Of a DNA stretch of 64,000 bases, positions 61,710 to 64,000 are shown piece by piece; position 1 is the stretch's first letter, and each line of letters opens with the position of its first letter. A program made the translations under genes and the position numbers. Source of the DNA: Halocafeteria seosinensis (taxonomy: Eukaryota); contig LVLI01000118.1 of assembly GCA_001687465.1 (NCBI GenBank), forward strand, positions 62,001 through 126,000. Reading direction: 5' to 3'. The notes below the pieces were generated by a model. It saw nothing but the letters and a program-made list of their open reading frames with translations, did no database searches and was not told where the DNA came from.

Positions 61710-62061
61710 AGGTGTGACAACAAGGGGTACTCACTACCCGTTTGGGAGTTTCCGTACAGCGATTAACCGAGTTGGGGTAACCCTTCAGTCAGTGATGCAC
61801 TGTAGCGCCACATATGCTGTGATAGCAGTCATAACCGAAAGCGAAGCGACACACACACATACTAGTATGCTGTACATATATACGTTCTTGTGTGTGGAGT
61901 GCATAAGGGTCTCATAATGGAACGTGTGCAATAAAACACTTCTTGTTCGGTTCCCTGTGTTGACAGGGGTGTATTAGTAGGGCTCCTACCTGAGTCTTAG
62001 ATCGTGGTCACCAGTTCCTAATTTTTTACAACCATTGTAGTCGCCCACAAGTCATATCGCA

Positions 62062-62227
62062 GAAATTAAAATTGCAGTGCACTGAAGCAGTGCACTTTCT
62101 GATACCAGCTCCACTGTTAAGAATCCCCAACATTAACTTAAACAATTGCGGAAATTAGAATTGCAGTGCACTTTCTGACACCAGCTCCATTGTTAAGAGT
62201 CCCCAACATCAACTTAAACAATTGCGG
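62062..62227. repeat. Two tandem ~77-90-bp direct repeats
   Basis: GAAATTA.AATTGCAGTGCAC...TTTCTGA.ACCAGCTCCA.TGTTAAGA.TCCCCAACAT.AACTTAAACAATTGCGG occurs twice; copy 1 has an internal GCAGTGCACT duplication. Confidence 0.9.
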
Positions 62228-62339
62228 GTAGTCACCAGTCTACAGGGTCTACGTTGACGTTGCAGTGTCACAGTGTCACACATCCAAGGATAGCAGGGGA
62301 AGGCGGAGAAAGCGAAACGCACGCAATAGCCGACGACGA

Positions 62340-63050
62340 ATGTGTGTGTGACCGACGGCCCACCGCCGTGCCACCGGCAGTTGGATGTGAACCGCTACAC
62401 TTAGGTAGCAGCTGGCGCCCGTGTCTGGCAGCAACGGGCCCGCTGTTCCACCACAAGAGCGGCAGCGCAAACGAGGGAATTCAAAGCATTGACGCAAACC
62501 CGTACAGTACTTCAGCAATCATTTCCTTGTCCCCATGTCGGTACACCCACGTGGCTAGCTAGCAGTGCATTGCTTGATAGGATTGGGACGTTATTGTTGT
62601 TTGTGTCCTCTTGCACGTACAAGTTGCTTGCTCTTCGGCTGGTCTCGTTTCTCTCACACACACATATGTGACAGATAGCCCACCGGCCGGGGAGTTGACC
62701 GCATCCTAGCGGTATGCGCCCGTGTTAAGCAGTGACGGGCCCGCTGTTCCTGCAGCCTTGCTGACATGTGGGAACACAACCCTGGTTTTGCTCAGGAGGC
62801 ATCGGGGGTGCCATGCCTGCGCCAACGATGTCAGGATTACCAAGGCTCACGTATCTGGTTTCCATCCGAGATGTTCTATCCGTCTCGCGGTATGACGCCC
62901 AGCTTCTCTCCTGGCTTTAATGTGCGGCTTCCAAATGCTCCTTCCCGTCTGCGTCTCGTCGTTTCTCCCCAGTCTCGGCGCACCCGCATGGCTAGCTAGC
63001 AGTTCATTGCTTAGTCGGATGGGGAGGAAATTGTTTGTGTCCTCTTGCAG
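62340..63050. repeat. Diverged tandem duplication with two shared blocks and unrelated middles
   Basis: Block A GCGCCCGTGT..GCAG..ACGGGCCCGCTGTTCC near 62415-62449 and 62716-62750. Block B CACCC.C.TGGCTAGCTAGCAGT.CATTGCTT...TTGTTTGTGTCCTCTTGCA near 62544-62615 and 62981-63049. Confidence 0.8.
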
Positions 63051-64000
63051 AACAGCAGCAGTAGACGGTTTAGCGTTCTGTGCTGCTTGTAGTAGCGACC
63101 TTGTCGTAACTTACTCGTAAGTATTGGAGGGATGGATAGAAGTTTCACATCCCAGAGCAAAGTTGCAATTCCAGAAGCAACCTCGATTGAGGTCGTGGAA
63201 GCTCTTCTGTGGAATTTCAATTTAGCCAACCCGACACTGAGTAACAGGGGAGATGCGGAACTTTCGCAAGCTGATGACGGCCAAACTGTCAGTCACGTTG
63301 ATGCGCCACAACGTGAAGATGTGTGTGTGAAGATGTTGGAGCGGTTCGGGGTAGGGGGTCACATACGTGTGTGTTACCCCTCACACCGTGTAGCGTACCC
63401 TGTAGCATACAGGTCGTCCGGTAGGAGCAATACTAATACAGACCGAGTCAGTGTGTGTATCGCAGCACTTCCGCTATGCGGTGCTGTCAAATACACAGTT
63501 TCTCCAGACGCTGCGGCAATGCGTTACCACAGGGATAGAAATCAGTTGTGCTGTTGTGCATGCATCGAAATCAAACGGGGACTTCGCGCAGCATGCATGG
63601 AACGGGAGTCTGTGATCAAGTCTGTGCACAAGAGCAAACTCTCCCTGCAATAAATCTCTGACGTTATGACAGTAGCAGTGCTTTCTCTTTAGATAAAAAG
63701 CAATTCCTTCTCGCAGGTTCCCACTTGCCAAGGTCTTGAAGTGGTGAATGGGGGCGACTCGGGAGTTTGCAGCAGAGCTAATAAGTTGTAGCTCAAATAT
63801 ACCAATGATGTGCTCTTCTCAATATCCATATCGACGCAACCAAGAAGACTAGAAACTTGTAGTCCCCAACCGGTAGAATGACACAGGCCTTGTTGAAGAA
63901 GGCTCCTTTCCTTCCCTTTCTTCCGAGCAACTTATTTCGGTTCAACGTCCTGGTTCACACACACTGTACTCGGTTGAGTTGTTCAGCGTGTGTTACACCA

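Noticed and set aside
62062..62227. CRISPR-like array
   Set aside because: Only two long repeat units, no unique spacers, no cas genes, and a eukaryotic context.
63132..63653. 173-aa ORF at the right end
   Set aside because: No recognisable domain; TG-rich, repeat-like sequence. Coding status unsupported.
1..64000. Alternative genetic code or stop-codon readthrough to explain fragmented ORFs
   Set aside because: Nearly every break in a recognisable gene is explained by an ordinary short intron under the standard code.

Overview
Gene-dense eukaryotic DNA, not prokaryotic. There are about 23 protein genes on both strands, most split by short GT-AG introns (about 60-130 nt) that I reconstructed by hand and checked for reading phase. 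Convergent genes nearly abut or overlap. The organism looks like a protist; a stramenopile-like lineage is my inference only. Three ambiguous N bases are present (15409, 15422, 48639). Recognisable housekeeping genes: 3' half of an ABCC transporter, ABCF, an SLC35-type nucleotide-sugar transporter, archease, STK16-like kinase, GPATCH4-like, SPAG7-like, and a GAF-domain phosphodiesterase. The most interesting features appear only after splicing. (1) An ACBP-PH-START-TM-E2-type acyltransferase fusion. (2) A membrane-tethered bZIP factor with ATF6-like layout. (3) A Schlafen/AlbA_2 RNase with LOTUS-like repeats and a PDZ-like tail. (4) A ~2900-aa chromatin protein joining a bromodomain, two PZP modules, ADA3-like motifs and a GNAT domain. 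(5) Tandem PP2A B''-like paralogs with a receiver-like N-terminus. (6) A degenerate Hv1-like voltage-sensor protein. (7) A Crinkler/RHS-type NTPase-nuclease in a repeat-rich, gene-poor right end. I could support no rRNA, tRNA or CRISPR array. All domain calls come from reading motifs by eye, not from database searches.
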